The notes: generated by a model not told the origin, from the sequence alone. A stretch of DNA of 64,000 bases from Alphaproteobacteria bacterium (GCA_963667785.2 CAXXMU010000006.1:1120001-1184000); one strand, 5' to 3'; counted from the stretch's first letter, positions 38,055 to 48,260 are shown. Numbers and translations: made by a program.

Positions 38055-38338
38055 GGCAACACCTCCGCTTTCGAAGAAGATCTGGGCATTGGGCCAGGAC
38101 GCTGCCTTGCGGCTCATCAGACATCGCCCAGCCGCTTTCGGAGCTCGCGGCGCTCGCGCGTCAGCAGGACGATGCGCCGGGCAAGCTGCTCCGGAGACTT
38201 CTTGCGCGCCATGATCTCGCCCTGTTCGTCGAGCCCGGCCGCCTCGACGGCCCTCTCGATCAGGCGCTCGCGGCGGCGGCCCCGCAGCCTCTCGAACACT
38301 CCGAACATCCGCATCGCACCCTCCTGCTCAGGACGCGG

Positions 38339-38752
38339 CTAGGCGGTCGCGACGGCGTAGACCTGCCGATCGCAGCGCACCATGAAGTCGCCGGCATGAT
38401 GTGCCTCGATCCGCAGCCCGCCGAACGGGGCCTCCTCGACATCGAAGGTGGGCCCCGTGATGGTGCCGTGCTGCCGATGGGTGACCCAGTCGCGCGACAT
38501 CGCGGAATAGCTGTCGGGCGACGCATCGGGGCCGAAATGCAGCTCCAGGCGGCATTGCCCTTCGTCGGCGTCCGGTATCCAGCCCCAGAAGATGTTGCAC
38601 CAACCCTGCGGGGTGGTCTCGCGAACGCCGTCTTGAGTGAGGCCCGGAAGCAGGTAGAGAACCTCCGAGCCGCTTCCCGCGGCCCGCCAGCGCTGGCACC
38701 AGGTCAGCGCGTCGTTCTGGCCATCCGGACCGAGTTCGGGCGACCAAGCCAC
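38339..38752 (-). CDS. hypothetical protein
   Basis: ORF in operon. Confidence 0.55.
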   Translation of the reverse strand: MAWSPELGPDGQNDALTWCQRWRAAGSGSEVLYLLPGLTQDGVRETTPQGWCNIFWGWIPDADEGQCRLELHFGPDASPDSYSAMSRDWVTHRQHGTITGPTFDVEEAPFGGLRIEAHHAGDFMVRCDRQVYAVATA

Positions 38753-38755
38753 GGG

Positions 38756-39019
38756 TCAGACCGCTTCGTTGTAGACTACGAACCCGGTGTCGATCTGCCT
38801 CTCCGTCCAGACGAAGATCCCGGTCGACGGCGAGCGGCGCTTGCGGATGCGCTCGTCCGGCTGCAGGCGGTTTGCCGACCGCCCGTCTACCGGCGGCGTG
38901 TCGAGCGGGGCGTCCTCGACGAAGATGATGATGTCGGCCCGGTTCTGGATTTCGTAGGGCGTGTTGACCTGGACGCCCTCGAGCGGCCGAGGCTGCCCCT
39001 TCAGGTTCTGCCGGGCCAT
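38756..39019 (-). CDS. hypothetical virion-associated protein
   Basis: Abuts scaffold gene. Confidence 0.65.
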   Translation of the reverse strand: MARQNLKGQPRPLEGVQVNTPYEIQNRADIIIFVEDAPLDTPPVDGRSANRLQPDERIRKRRSPSTGIFVWTERQIDTGFVVYNEAV

Positions 39020-39020
39020 G

Positions 39021-39833
39021 TCAGGCAGCCTCGTCGACGACCTTGTAGCCCTCGCCCATCTTCTTGGCCATTTCGGCCGGGTTCTCCGTGGCGAGTTTGT
39101 CGGCCTCGGCGCGCATCATGGTCTTGTCCCCGCCGCCTCCACCGCCGCCCGAGCCCGGCGCTCCGGTGCCGCTCTTGTTGGCGCCCTTCAGGATCTGGTC
39201 CTTGAACGGGGAGGCCTCGACGAGGACCTTCAGCGCCTCGTCGAATTCCGCCCGATCGCCCGGCTTCGACGGCGAAAATATCTCATTGCCGTTCTCGTAT
39301 TTGGCGACCACCTTGCCTTCCTCGATCGTGAAGTTCTTCCCGAAGTAGGCTTCGATCATGGGCACCGGCGCCGCCAGTTTCTCGGCGATGTACTTCGACC
39401 GCGCGAAGCGGCCGCCGATCATCTCCTTGTGGAGGGCTCCCTTGAGCTCGTCCCGCTCTTTGATCGCCGGCTTGTACTGCTGCTCGATCTGGTTCTCGTA
39501 CTTCTCCTCGGTCGCCTTGATCGCCTCGGTCTTGACCTTCTCGACCTCGCCGGCGTCCACCAGCTTCTTGTCGTCGAGGTTCTTGACCGTCGACAGCGCC
39601 TTCCTTGCGGCCTCGGGATCGTCGATCCCCTCGAACGTCGCCAGCCGTTCCTTCGCTTCCTTGAGCTCGCGGCGCCGCGTGGCGCTTTCGCCGTTCACCT
39701 CGTGCAGCTTGTCGGCCAGGCTCTCGCCGTTGTAGCCGATTTCCTTGCCGTCCTCGGTCGTGTAGAGCGGGTCGCCGTCATCCGACAGCTCGGCGTACTT
39801 CTTGCCTTCGATCTCAACGATTTTCAGCGCCAT
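39021..39833 (-). CDS. head scaffolding protein
   Basis: LDDKKLVDAGEVEKVK, FARSKYI, EFDEAL, Gly-rich linker. Confidence 0.8.
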   Translation of the reverse strand: MALKIVEIEGKKYAELSDDGDPLYTTEDGKEIGYNGESLADKLHEVNGESATRRRELKEAKERLATFEGIDDPEAARKALSTVKNLDDKKLVDAGEVEKVKTEAIKATEEKYENQIEQQYKPAIKERDELKGALHKEMIGGRFARSKYIAEKLAAPVPMIEAYFGKNFTIEEGKVVAKYENGNEIFSPSKPGDRAEFDEALKVLVEASPFKDQILKGANKSGTGAPGSGGGGGGGDKTMMRAEADKLATENPAEMAKKMGEGYKVVDEAA

Positions 39834-39887
39834 GGTTCACTCCTCCATCTCGGATTGTCGTTGCCCGTCGCGGGCGGGTTGGGGTCG

Positions 39888-41366
39888 TCACGGCCCGTCC
39901 ATCGGCCCGTCGAGTTTGTCGAGGTCCTTTTCCGGGTCGTAGCCGTCGTGAAGGACGCCGCGCCGTTTCATCTCGACCAGGAAGGCCTCGCGAGAAATCA
40001 GCGGCTGGGATCCCTGATCGGGCAGCGCCATCCTGATCAGGTGAGCCACGTCAGATTTGCTGTACCCGATGTCGAATTCGGTGTGCACCATGACCTCGGC
40101 CTTCCAGTCGTCGCCGACATCGAGCCATTTGGCGGTCATCTCGAAAGCGCCTTTGAGCGCGTGCTTGAGCATGAGCACCCAGGCATGGATGGCGATATTG
40201 GCCTTCTGGGTCGCCGACGCCGCGGACACCACGGTGAGGTTCGGCGCGGGTTGGGTCAGCAGTTGCCGGCCGAGCTCGCGCAGCTGCTGCACGGTCACGG
40301 CGATGTCCTGCTGGAGGAAGGTCAGCGATCCGCCGGCGGGTTCGACGTAGCCCCATTCGCCTTTGCCGTCGAGACCGCCGCCGCCCCACAGGATCCTGCT
40401 CGGCCCGACGACGATTTCCGTGTCCGCGTCCTTCGACATGCCGTTGGCGGCGAGCATGGGGTAGGCCGTCTGGGTGCGGATGTGCTTGAGGCCGTTCTCC
40501 TGTTGGTACAGTTCCACCTGGAGGTGCGCCGCGTTCTTGAGGGGCGCGTCGATCCGCCAGCCCGGGGCTTTGCGCTGCCCGAATATCACTGGCACGACGG
40601 GGATGACGTCGATATCGAGCGGATGGGGGCCCTCCTCGATTTCCCATTCCGAGCCGGCTACGTGCTGGCCGCTCGCGCCCGGCGTGTCCTTCTTCCTGTA
40701 CAGCAGCCATTCCGGCGCGCCGTACTCCCTGGTCTCGGGGTCCATCGGGCGCCGCAGCACGCGGATCCGGTCGTCTTTCTTCTCGGCGAAGCCTTCGCGC
40801 TTTGTTGCGGTCTCGGCGAAGCGGATTTCGACGATCTGCTCGACGCCCTTGATCCGGGCGGAGTAGACTGCCAGCACGTCGGCTGCGTGATAGTGGACCC
40901 AGATCGGCCGGGCCCCGAGTTCCTTCTCCTGGGCCACGCTGGCGCCGCGCGGGATGTTGGCGGTGTAGTCGACCAAGATCCAGGTGTGGCCGTCGACCAT
41001 GGCTTGCCGGAACAGGTCGTGCGAGAAGTCATGCACGTCGCTGCCGCGCCCGTCCACGTCCTTCGCGAATTCCACGAGCTGCTCCGTGGAGTCCTTCTCC
41101 ATCGTCCATTGCTCGTCGAACGGCTTGAGCGACTGGGTGTCGACGATATCGGCGAACACGTTGGTCATCCGCGCCAGGCGCAGCCGCCACTGGTAGGATT
41201 CCTCCGGCTCGCCCGGCCATTGGGGCAGATACTTCGTCCCGGCCGCGCGCATGCCGTCCACGCCGGCCATGATCGAGGCCACCATCGTGAGGTAGCCGTC
41301 CATGGCGATGCGGTCTCCACTCTTGGTGGAGGGGTCGTCCTTCGTCATTGCCGTCGGAAGGGCCAT
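39888..41366 (-). CDS. portal protein (DUF4055-like)
   Basis: MRAAGTKYLPQW..E...Y..RL, ILVDY; follows terL. Confidence 0.85.
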   Translation of the reverse strand: MALPTAMTKDDPSTKSGDRIAMDGYLTMVASIMAGVDGMRAAGTKYLPQWPGEPEESYQWRLRLARMTNVFADIVDTQSLKPFDEQWTMEKDSTEQLVEFAKDVDGRGSDVHDFSHDLFRQAMVDGHTWILVDYTANIPRGASVAQEKELGARPIWVHYHAADVLAVYSARIKGVEQIVEIRFAETATKREGFAEKKDDRIRVLRRPMDPETREYGAPEWLLYRKKDTPGASGQHVAGSEWEIEEGPHPLDIDVIPVVPVIFGQRKAPGWRIDAPLKNAAHLQVELYQQENGLKHIRTQTAYPMLAANGMSKDADTEIVVGPSRILWGGGGLDGKGEWGYVEPAGGSLTFLQQDIAVTVQQLRELGRQLLTQPAPNLTVVSAASATQKANIAIHAWVLMLKHALKGAFEMTAKWLDVGDDWKAEVMVHTEFDIGYSKSDVAHLIRMALPDQGSQPLISREAFLVEMKRRGVLHDGYDPEKDLDKLDGPMDGP

Positions 41367-41420
41367 CGGTGGTGATGGCTATGGTGCGAGCGGAATCTTT
41401 GTCAAGCGGGTGGCGCGCCC

Positions 41421-42881
41421 TTACGCCCGGCTTGCCATTCCTGCGAATTTCCCTTCCGACCGCGATGAGACTTTCGTGTTGGAGAAAAAGCCGTAGTGAC
41501 TTTGGCTTGCGCCGGGAGGGCGTCTCAAAAGCGCATCGAAGGCGGTGGACGTGGAATCCGCGTCGTCGTCATGGCCGTGCCGCTTGGGCGGCGGGAAGTT
41601 CTCCAACTCCCGGAACCAGCGCTCGTTCCAGTCGCCGCAGACCACATCCACGTTTCCGGGCTGCGCCTGTGCGGAGAACGGCTTGAACCGCGCCACCTTG
41701 TCGGTCGACACGGGGCGGAACCGGACGTTGAACCCGGCCAGCTTCCGCGTCAGCGCGACTTTCTGCGACACGCCGGCCTGGCCGGGGTCCTGCGGGATTT
41801 CGATGTCCACCGCCGTTCCGTCCTTCTGCGCGGTCGCGAGGATCATGTCCTCGACCCCGCTGGGCGACAGCCGGTCGAACACGTGGTCGGCCACGCAGTA
41901 CCGCTTCTCCGGGCTGACGCCCATGAGCGTGCCGCAGGTCCAGTCGGGGTCGGTTCCGGGTCTCGGCACCGTTCCGGCGAGGTCCCAGCCGCGCGCCCAG
42001 CGATACCCGTCCGGCCTGTAGTCCAGCATGTGGTCGGCCACCCAGCTCCGCTGGAAGTAATCCCCGCTCGAGGGCCTGACGTGCCAAGAGCCGTCAACAA
42101 GCTGAGCCTTTTCGAACGAGACGAGGCCGCTCATCATCTTCGCTTCGTAGAGCGGGTCGCTGTCCAGCAGAATCCTGTTGTCCCGCCAGCTCGCCGCCAC
42201 GAACGTCAGCGACAGAGGCGGCACGCCCCAGTCCGCGAGGTCCTCGCGCCGATTCGCCCACACGATCTCGTCGCCATCCCGGACGAACCACCGCAGCATT
42301 CCCGACCGCTCCCGTATAGGAAAGCCGGTGTCGGGGTCGATCCACCACTCGATGAGTTTGTGCACCCAAGAGTCGGCCTCGGGGTTGGTCGTGCCGCGCA
42401 TGTGCGGCGGCACCCCGGACATGCTCCGGTTCCTCGAGAGCATGTACCAGAACTGCCTCTCCTCGAACGTCGTCAGCTCGTCGAACCCGACGAACGCGAG
42501 CTCGGCACCGCGCCAGTCCATCGCCGCGTCGGGGTGCTCGAGGTGGCCCATCTGCAGCAGGGCGCCGCTCGGAAACCGCCACTCGTACTGCGGCTTCTCC
42601 CGGCTCTCTCCGCCGTAATCGAGAAACACGTCCTTCGACGCGTCCCAAAGCCCGCCGGGCCGCAGGAATTGCGGGCTGGTCCGCCGGAACAGGACGCCGC
42701 GGTACAAGCCGGGGTCGAACGACGCGCCTTCCTGGGGCACCACCCACTGCACGGCAGCCTGCAGAAGCGCCCAAGTCTTCCCGCTTGCCAACGTGCCGCC
42801 GAATATCGCGATGTCCGCCGGCGAGGCGAGAAATTCTTCCTGCGGGCCGGACTGCGGGCGAATGTCTATCTGGCGAGCCAT
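41421..42881 (-). CDS. terminase large subunit
   Basis: PQSGPQ, GG...GKT, FDELT, TTNP, WDLA, QDPGQAG, HDDDAD. Confidence 0.93.
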   Translation of the reverse strand: MARQIDIRPQSGPQEEFLASPADIAIFGGTLASGKTWALLQAAVQWVVPQEGASFDPGLYRGVLFRRTSPQFLRPGGLWDASKDVFLDYGGESREKPQYEWRFPSGALLQMGHLEHPDAAMDWRGAELAFVGFDELTTFEERQFWYMLSRNRSMSGVPPHMRGTTNPEADSWVHKLIEWWIDPDTGFPIRERSGMLRWFVRDGDEIVWANRREDLADWGVPPLSLTFVAASWRDNRILLDSDPLYEAKMMSGLVSFEKAQLVDGSWHVRPSSGDYFQRSWVADHMLDYRPDGYRWARGWDLAGTVPRPGTDPDWTCGTLMGVSPEKRYCVADHVFDRLSPSGVEDMILATAQKDGTAVDIEIPQDPGQAGVSQKVALTRKLAGFNVRFRPVSTDKVARFKPFSAQAQPGNVDVVCGDWNERWFRELENFPPPKRHGHDDDADSTSTAFDALLRRPPGASQSHYGFFSNTKVSSRSEGKFAGMASRA

Positions 42882-43248
42882 CGCGTGGTGTTTGTCGCCC
42901 CGCCGGACTCCTTGTCAAACGCTCCGCACGCCCACCGCCGGCGATGCTCCATCTTTCGCAGCCGCTCGATCAGCTTCGCGTGCCGGGTCCCTGTCGGCCT
43001 GTCCCCCGCATGCCGATACCAGGCGAGCAGGAATCTCAATTCGCGGTCGGGCTCCCTTGCCCTCCGCAGGAGCACCGCTATCCTCTCGACGAAGTACGGG
43101 GGAACGGGTTCGCCGACCATCCAATAGCGTTCAAAGGACGCCCGCACATAGTCGCACTGAAACGCCAGGTCCTGCTCCTTGCCCTTCCCGTAATCTTCGT
43201 CCGGCAACGGCAGCATATCGGGATACCTGTTGATCAGTTCGCCTCGCG

Positions 43249-43467
43249 TTACCGCACCCCCTTCTCTGCCGCCCAATGCACAGGCTCCGGGACCAGATCG
43301 GTACGGCCCTGCTCGATGGCTTCCCGAACGGAAAGATCGGCCTTGTACAGCCCGATCCAGTCGACACTGAGCGACCGCTGAAACGATCTGGCGAGATCCT
43401 CCACGGCCTCACTGGACAGCACGGGCTTCGCGTTCAGCCATTCAACGAGGCTGTCCGCCTTTCTCAA
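43249..43467 (-). CDS. small hypothetical protein
   Basis: TTG start overlapping upstream stop; start uncertain. Confidence 0.35.
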   Translation of the reverse strand: MRKADSLVEWLNAKPVLSSEAVEDLARSFQRSLSVDWIGLYKADLSVREAIEQGRTDLVPEPVHWAAEKGVR

Positions 43468-43952
43468 CTCTTTCGCCTGACCGGCCACGGCAGCCCCTCT
43501 CGCTCGGCGTAGCGCCGGGCCATGACCCTCGCCGCGGCCCCCTTGTCCCGGTCCGAGAGCCCGACCTCGCGCGCGATCGACACCCACGTCCGCCCGCCGG
43601 ACGCCTTCAGCTCGTACGCCCGCCGGCCCTTCTCCGACCTCGGCCGGCCCACCCCGCGCGGCGCACCTTCTTTTTTTGGGGGAGAAGCACTTTCCGCCCC
43701 CTGGCGCGAACCCTCAACCGCCCCCTCCTGAAAGGACGCCTTGACCCGGTCTCGAGCCTCAAGGACCTCCCGATACCATGACAGCCTCGGATCCCCACCC
43801 CGTGCCGCCCGCTCGGCCAGCTTCTTCGCCCCGGCCGCGTCCCACCCCGGACACCAACGGCTCGCTCCGGCCCAGTCCGGTCGTCCGAGCTGACCCAGCG
43901 CGCCGAGAACCCGATCCGCCGGCGAGCCCTTCGGCGGTGCCGTCCACTCCAT
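43464..43952 (-). CDS. hypothetical protein with C-terminal HTH-like motif
   Basis: RAYELK..GRTWVSIAREVG. Confidence 0.55.
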   Translation of the reverse strand: MEWTAPPKGSPADRVLGALGQLGRPDWAGASRWCPGWDAAGAKKLAERAARGGDPRLSWYREVLEARDRVKASFQEGAVEGSRQGAESASPPKKEGAPRGVGRPRSEKGRRAYELKASGGRTWVSIAREVGLSDRDKGAAARVMARRYAEREGLPWPVRRKS

Positions 43953-43966
43953 CGACCCCTCCCGAA

Positions 43967-44031
43967 TATTGTTACCCCTAAGCCCGAGAATAGTATTGTT
44001 ACCCCTCCCATGCTAGGATGTTGTTACCCCT
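43967..44031. repeat. three direct repeats T(A/G)TTGTTACCCCT
   Basis: At 43967, 43994 and 44019. Confidence 0.85.
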
Positions 44032-44642
44032 GCGCCGGGATCCACCCCAACCTTCTTCCAGGCGTCAAGCCGGGCCTCGGCGGCAGGGTAGGGGGTGGCC
44101 GGGTTTGCCGAGCTCGGGCGCCATGCGTCGGGCGCCGGTCACCAAACACAAGTTGCGAATCGATGCGCCGATAAGTGCCATTATGGGAAAGTGTATCAGG
44201 CCGGCCAGCAGTATCCGCAAACATTCGCGGGCATAGGGCGCCGACGGTCAAGTACCGGATCGGGCTTCACTGTCGCGAATACTGGCGAGGCGCGGCGGTC
44301 TCTACTTGGCGTCTACTTGCGGCCGTTATTGCGCGACATGCAGCGGGCGCATTGCCTGGCGCGAGTTGCTCCGCACGACGATCGGGCGCGCGAGGAGTCG
44401 GGCATGGTGGGCCCCGTATCCCTCAGCGCAGCGCATGGCCACGGCAGGGGCGAGACTGTGCGAGGCGACGCGTGCGGGCGTGACGCCAGGGCGAGCGGGG
44501 CCGGATAGGCGCGTGATGCGAGGCGACGGGGTCCGGGTCCTGCAGGGGCGGCGGGATAGGGCGCGTGGCGCAGGATGTCGCCGACGGGCGATTGGGGGAT
44601 GCGGGGCGAGTGTTGCGAGCGTGAGGCGACGCGGGCGCGTCG

Positions 44643-45362
44643 TCACTCGGCGGGAGCGGGCAAGGCGGGCGCGGAGTTTGGCGCGATCGCATCGGGCGCG
44701 TCGGCGGGATCGCTGTCGGGTGGCCGGCGGGCGGGCTCGGCCGTTGGCGTGATGTCGCGGGCCTGAATGGCGGGATCGTCGACGCTGCGCCGGGCGGGAA
44801 TGTGGTAGACGCGATGGACCTGCTCGCCTTCATGGCGGACGGTGGACTCCCGGCGGAACGTGCCGGCCTCGAGGTAGCGGGCAACCTCAAGCTGCAGCTT
44901 GGTGTCGTATTCCATGACGGGCACGCGGGAGCCGGCCGGGATGACGGCGCCGCTCGGCAAGGTGATGTCTTCGTCCGCCTCGATGATGATCGGCTTCCCG
45001 TCCCGGTCGACCTTCGGGCAGCCCGTCATGGCGCGATCGTACATGGTGGCGCGGAGCCGCGGGAGTAGCACGGCGCGGGCGAGCTCGTGCGCATCGTCGA
45101 GCGCCTGGGCGAACGTCGGATCCGCGATGCGCGCCTGAGATAGAGCTTGAGGCGATACGCCAGCATGCCGGGCCGCGGCAGCTTCGGACATGCCGCGCTC
45201 TACCGCCCGGCGGGCCCGGTCTTTCCAATTGCCGAGACGATGGAAGCGTGAGCGCTTGAGGCTGCGCCGGCGGGCCGGCTGGGAGCTCGGCTCGCCAGGC
45301 GCAACGGGCTGCGCTGCAGCGCGCGTTGCCGCTTCAATCCCGTCAATTGGCGAATCCGTCAT
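44643..45362 (-). CDS. probable terminase small subunit
   Basis: N-terminal HTH (AAARHAGVS..DPTFA), EYDTKL..L...F. Confidence 0.6.
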   Translation of the reverse strand: MTDSPIDGIEAATRAAAQPVAPGEPSSQPARRRSLKRSRFHRLGNWKDRARRAVERGMSEAAAARHAGVSPQALSQARIADPTFAQALDDAHELARAVLLPRLRATMYDRAMTGCPKVDRDGKPIIIEADEDITLPSGAVIPAGSRVPVMEYDTKLQLEVARYLEAGTFRRESTVRHEGEQVHRVYHIPARRSVDDPAIQARDITPTAEPARRPPDSDPADAPDAIAPNSAPALPAPAE

Positions 45363-45468
45363 GGTGCGGCAACGCAAGCACGATTCGGCACCGCATGTCA
45401 AGTGATTAGGCGCCGGCTGGCCTGGCCCAGCGCACGGCAGAAAATTGCGATATGCAGCCATTTTCCTC

Positions 45469-45497
45469 TTGCGTTACAGGGCCATTGGCCCTAGTAT
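45469..45497 (+). promoter_or_regulatory. sigma70-like promoter with palindromic operator
   Basis: TTGCGT-N17-TAGTAT; AGGGCCA-T-TGGCCCT at 45478-45492. Confidence 0.65.
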
Positions 45498-45547
45498 AGT
45501 AACGCTGAACAGGGGCAAAGCGCCCCGCTCAAATCGGAGAGAAAACG

Positions 45548-46915
45548 ATGAACGCGATCACCACGATCACCATGGACCATAACGACGTTGCCCGCGCCCT
45601 GGCCACCGGCAATCTGCCGAGCCCTGTTGCGACGGAAGCCAAGCCGGCGCCGGTCGAGACTCCCGAGCCGATCATGCAGCCCGCCGCGCCGGGCATGGCC
45701 GTTACGACAACGGTCAAAGACTTGCGCGCCGCGCTCATGGCCTGCGGCAAGGTAGTGGCGTCAAGCTCCTACGTTCCGATTCTGGAATGCGTGCGGATCG
45801 ACGCGGCAAGCCATTTCGGAAGCGACTATGTGAGCGTGAGCGGCACCGACATGGACGTCGCGGTCACGGTCACGCTGCAATCCGAAGTCTATACGGCCGG
45901 CGCCGTGATCCTGCCGCTGAAGCCGCTCAAGAAAACGCTGGTAAAGCGCAAGGCCGGCGAGCCGGTCAGCATCGAGGCGATTCCCGCGGATAGCCCGGAC
46001 GGCTCGCCAAGCGCGCGCATCACCGTCGGCGAGACCGAATTCCGCATGAGCTCCTACAGCACGGATGAATGGCCGGCCCCGGCGCCCGCGATCGAGCCGG
46101 AGGTAGCGGACATTCCCGGCGCGGCTCTGGCGGGCGCGATCGCCGACGTCGCGGCCGCGCAGTCCACCGAAGAGACTCGCTATTACCTCAATGGCGTTCT
46201 GTTCGAGCGGACCGACAAGGCGTTTCTCCGCACGGCCGCAACGGACGGGCATCGACTCCACGTGCACGATACGGGCTGGCATTGGCCGGCCATGGGAGTC
46301 CAGCGGACGGACGCCAAGACGGGCGAAACGGACCGCGAGCCGCGCGCCATCGTGCCGCGCCTGGCGATCACGGCGCTGCAGCACCTCTTGAAGGGCGCGA
46401 CGATCGACCGGGACATCCTGGTTTCGTCCGACGGTCACCGTATGGAATTCGAGGCGGACGGGTGGCGCCTGGCAACCAAGCTGATCGATGGCAGCTATCC
46501 GGACTTTGACCGTGTGATCGGCGCGGCGTTTCCGACCGTGGCGGGCGAAGAGGCGCCGACCGTGCACCATGCCGAGCTCGAGAACGGGCCGACTCTGGAT
46601 ACGATGCGCGCGATCAAGGCCGCGGCAACGGACCCCTCGCACGCCGCGCGGCTCGATTTCTCGGCGGGCGAGATTCGCGGCGGCAGCGTCGACTCCGGCA
46701 ATCACTCGCGGCACCCGCTGGCACGCGTCAATGGCGAGTGCGGAATTGGCGTGATCGGGCTGAATGCGGCCTATCTCGCCGACGTTGCCGAGCGCTTCGC
46801 GGACGTGGAGTCCGCATCGCTCACGCTCACCATGACGGATCCCGGCTCGCCGATAGGCGTCACGTCCGGCTGCAAGCCGTATTTCACGGCCGTCGTGATG
46901 CCCCTGCGCATCTAG
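45548..46915 (+). CDS. DNA polymerase III beta-clamp-like protein
   Basis: GTDMD, STEETRYYLNGV, ATDGHRL, KLIDGSYPDF.RVI, VVMPLR. Confidence 0.88.
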   Translation: MNAITTITMDHNDVARALATGNLPSPVATEAKPAPVETPEPIMQPAAPGMAVTTTVKDLRAALMACGKVVASSSYVPILECVRIDAASHFGSDYVSVSGTDMDVAVTVTLQSEVYTAGAVILPLKPLKKTLVKRKAGEPVSIEAIPADSPDGSPSARITVGETEFRMSSYSTDEWPAPAPAIEPEVADIPGAALAGAIADVAAAQSTEETRYYLNGVLFERTDKAFLRTAATDGHRLHVHDTGWHWPAMGVQRTDAKTGETDREPRAIVPRLAITALQHLLKGATIDRDILVSSDGHRMEFEADGWRLATKLIDGSYPDFDRVIGAAFPTVAGEEAPTVHHAELENGPTLDTMRAIKAAATDPSHAARLDFSAGEIRGGSVDSGNHSRHPLARVNGECGIGVIGLNAAYLADVAERFADVESASLTLTMTDPGSPIGVTSGCKPYFTAVVMPLRI

Positions 46916-46919
46916 CGCA

Positions 46920-47001
46920 GCCGAAACCGGGCGCGGTGCGATGGGGCACCGCGTCCGGTCCGGGTGCCGCTGGCCGGGCGCCCGCTGACGATGGCAGGCC
47001 A
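46920..47001 (+). ncRNA. type II hammerhead ribozyme HH1
   Basis: GCC-GAAA-stem III(13 bp)-GUC^46960-stem I(8 bp)-CUGACGA-U-GGC; loop UGGCC can pair with tail GGCCA. Confidence 0.88.
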
Positions 47002-47018
47002 CCAAGGGACACCACGCA

Positions 47019-47135
47019 ATGAATCACCTCGAGATCCTGATAGTGCTGGGATTTACCGCCGTCGCGATTCCCTTCGCGCTCGGCACCGTGCGCGCGCTCG
47101 GGCGCCTGCTGCCCATGGAAGGGGAGACAGACTAG
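47019..47135 (+). CDS. 38-aa membrane peptide between HH1 and HH2
   Basis: MNHLEILIVLGFTAVAIPFALGTVRALGRLLPMEGETD. Confidence 0.6.
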   Translation: MNHLEILIVLGFTAVAIPFALGTVRALGRLLPMEGETD

Positions 47136-47211
47136 CCGAAACCGGGCCCCGCGCACCTGGGGCCCGGTCTGGCGGGCGCTGGCCGGCCCGCCTACTGACG
47201 AAGGCAGGCCA
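47135..47211 (+). ncRNA. type II hammerhead ribozyme HH2
   Basis: GCC-GAAA-stem III(9 bp)-GUC^47169-stem I-CUGACGA-A-GGC; same loop and tail as HH1. Confidence 0.85.
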
Positions 47212-47233
47212 AGGGACAAGAGGAGTCGAGAGA

Positions 47234-47515
47234 ATGCACGAAGTAGCGCAATACGAAGCTGAGCGCTTTGAAGAGCTTTGGGCCGATGCTGTCGCGAGCG
47301 ATAGGCCTGACCGCTGGCAGGGCAAGCCGTACAGGCTGAACTCCGGCCGCTGGGGAACATGGATCCAGCATCCGACCGGCCAGGGGCCGAAGGTTGGCGA
47401 TACCGTGACCGTGACCACGCGGCGCGGCAAGCGTTGGGACGCGACGATCACGGGCATCGTCGACCGGTCTATGGCGGGCGAGCTCGCGGCATCCGTCGTG
47501 ACCACGGCGCGCTAG
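47234..47515 (+). CDS. hypothetical protein
   Basis: GAGGAG RBS; GDTVTVTTRRGK. Confidence 0.65.
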   Translation: MHEVAQYEAERFEELWADAVASDRPDRWQGKPYRLNSGRWGTWIQHPTGQGPKVGDTVTVTTRRGKRWDATITGIVDRSMAGELAASVVTTAR

Positions 47516-47606
47516 GCAGGGATTCCGGCGGGAAGCGGCCGCCCGCCCGGCCGTTTCACGATGCAATCCCGCATCGCTGGTCAAGGGACATGAAAGGCCA
47601 AGGGAC

Positions 47607-48260
47607 ATGAAACCGAATCCGATCTATGAGAAGTGCCGCGCCGCGAACGGCGAGAAGACCGTCTATGTGAGCCTGACCGATACCGCGAAGCTGATTCGCG
47701 CCACGCTAAAGGCAAAGTTTCCCGACATCAAGTTTTCCGTCCGCTCTGAGCGCTATTCGGGCGGATCCTCGATCCGCGCCAGCTGGCTTGATGGGCCGCT
47801 CGGCTCCGCCGTGCAAGAGGTGATCACGCCCTATGCCGGCAAGGGTTTCGACGGAATGATCGATATGGACTACCTCAAGGGCGCGTGGCTCTACCCCGAC
47901 GGCTCCGCCGGGTTTCGCAAGTCGGACGGTACCGCCTACAGCGCCGGCTCTGTCTCCGCCTATCGGCACGCGCCTGCGAACCCGGACGCCCTGCCGGTCA
48001 GTTTCTGGGTGTCCTACGTCTTCGCCGAGCGGCGCATCTCTGCCGGCTACCTCAGCGGCGTTCTCGAGGATTACGCCAAGGTGTACGGCGATGAGCTCGC
48101 CGACGCGATCCGCGCCGGCAAGGTGACCGCAACGGGCGATGACGGGTACGCGCACATGAGCGGCGCGAACGGAATCCGCGTCGGGAACGATTGGGCCGAC
48201 GTCGCGATCTATCGCTTTGACCAAGAGCGCGCGGCATTGCTCGCCAGGGTCGCAGCCTGA
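47607..48260 (+). CDS. LPD29-like domain protein
   Basis: TAKLIRATLKAKFPDIKFSVRS..YSGGSSI...W.DGP, FDGMID. Confidence 0.75.
   Translation: MKPNPIYEKCRAANGEKTVYVSLTDTAKLIRATLKAKFPDIKFSVRSERYSGGSSIRASWLDGPLGSAVQEVITPYAGKGFDGMIDMDYLKGAWLYPDGSAGFRKSDGTAYSAGSVSAYRHAPANPDALPVSFWVSYVFAERRISAGYLSGVLEDYAKVYGDELADAIRAGKVTATGDDGYAHMSGANGIRVGNDWADVAIYRFDQERAALLARVAA

Noticed and set aside
38060-38125. Minus-strand CTGATGA followed by a GCC-GCAA-GGC hairpin as another hammerhead
   Set aside because: No GAAA directly after stem II and no stems I/III; explained by a stop/start junction
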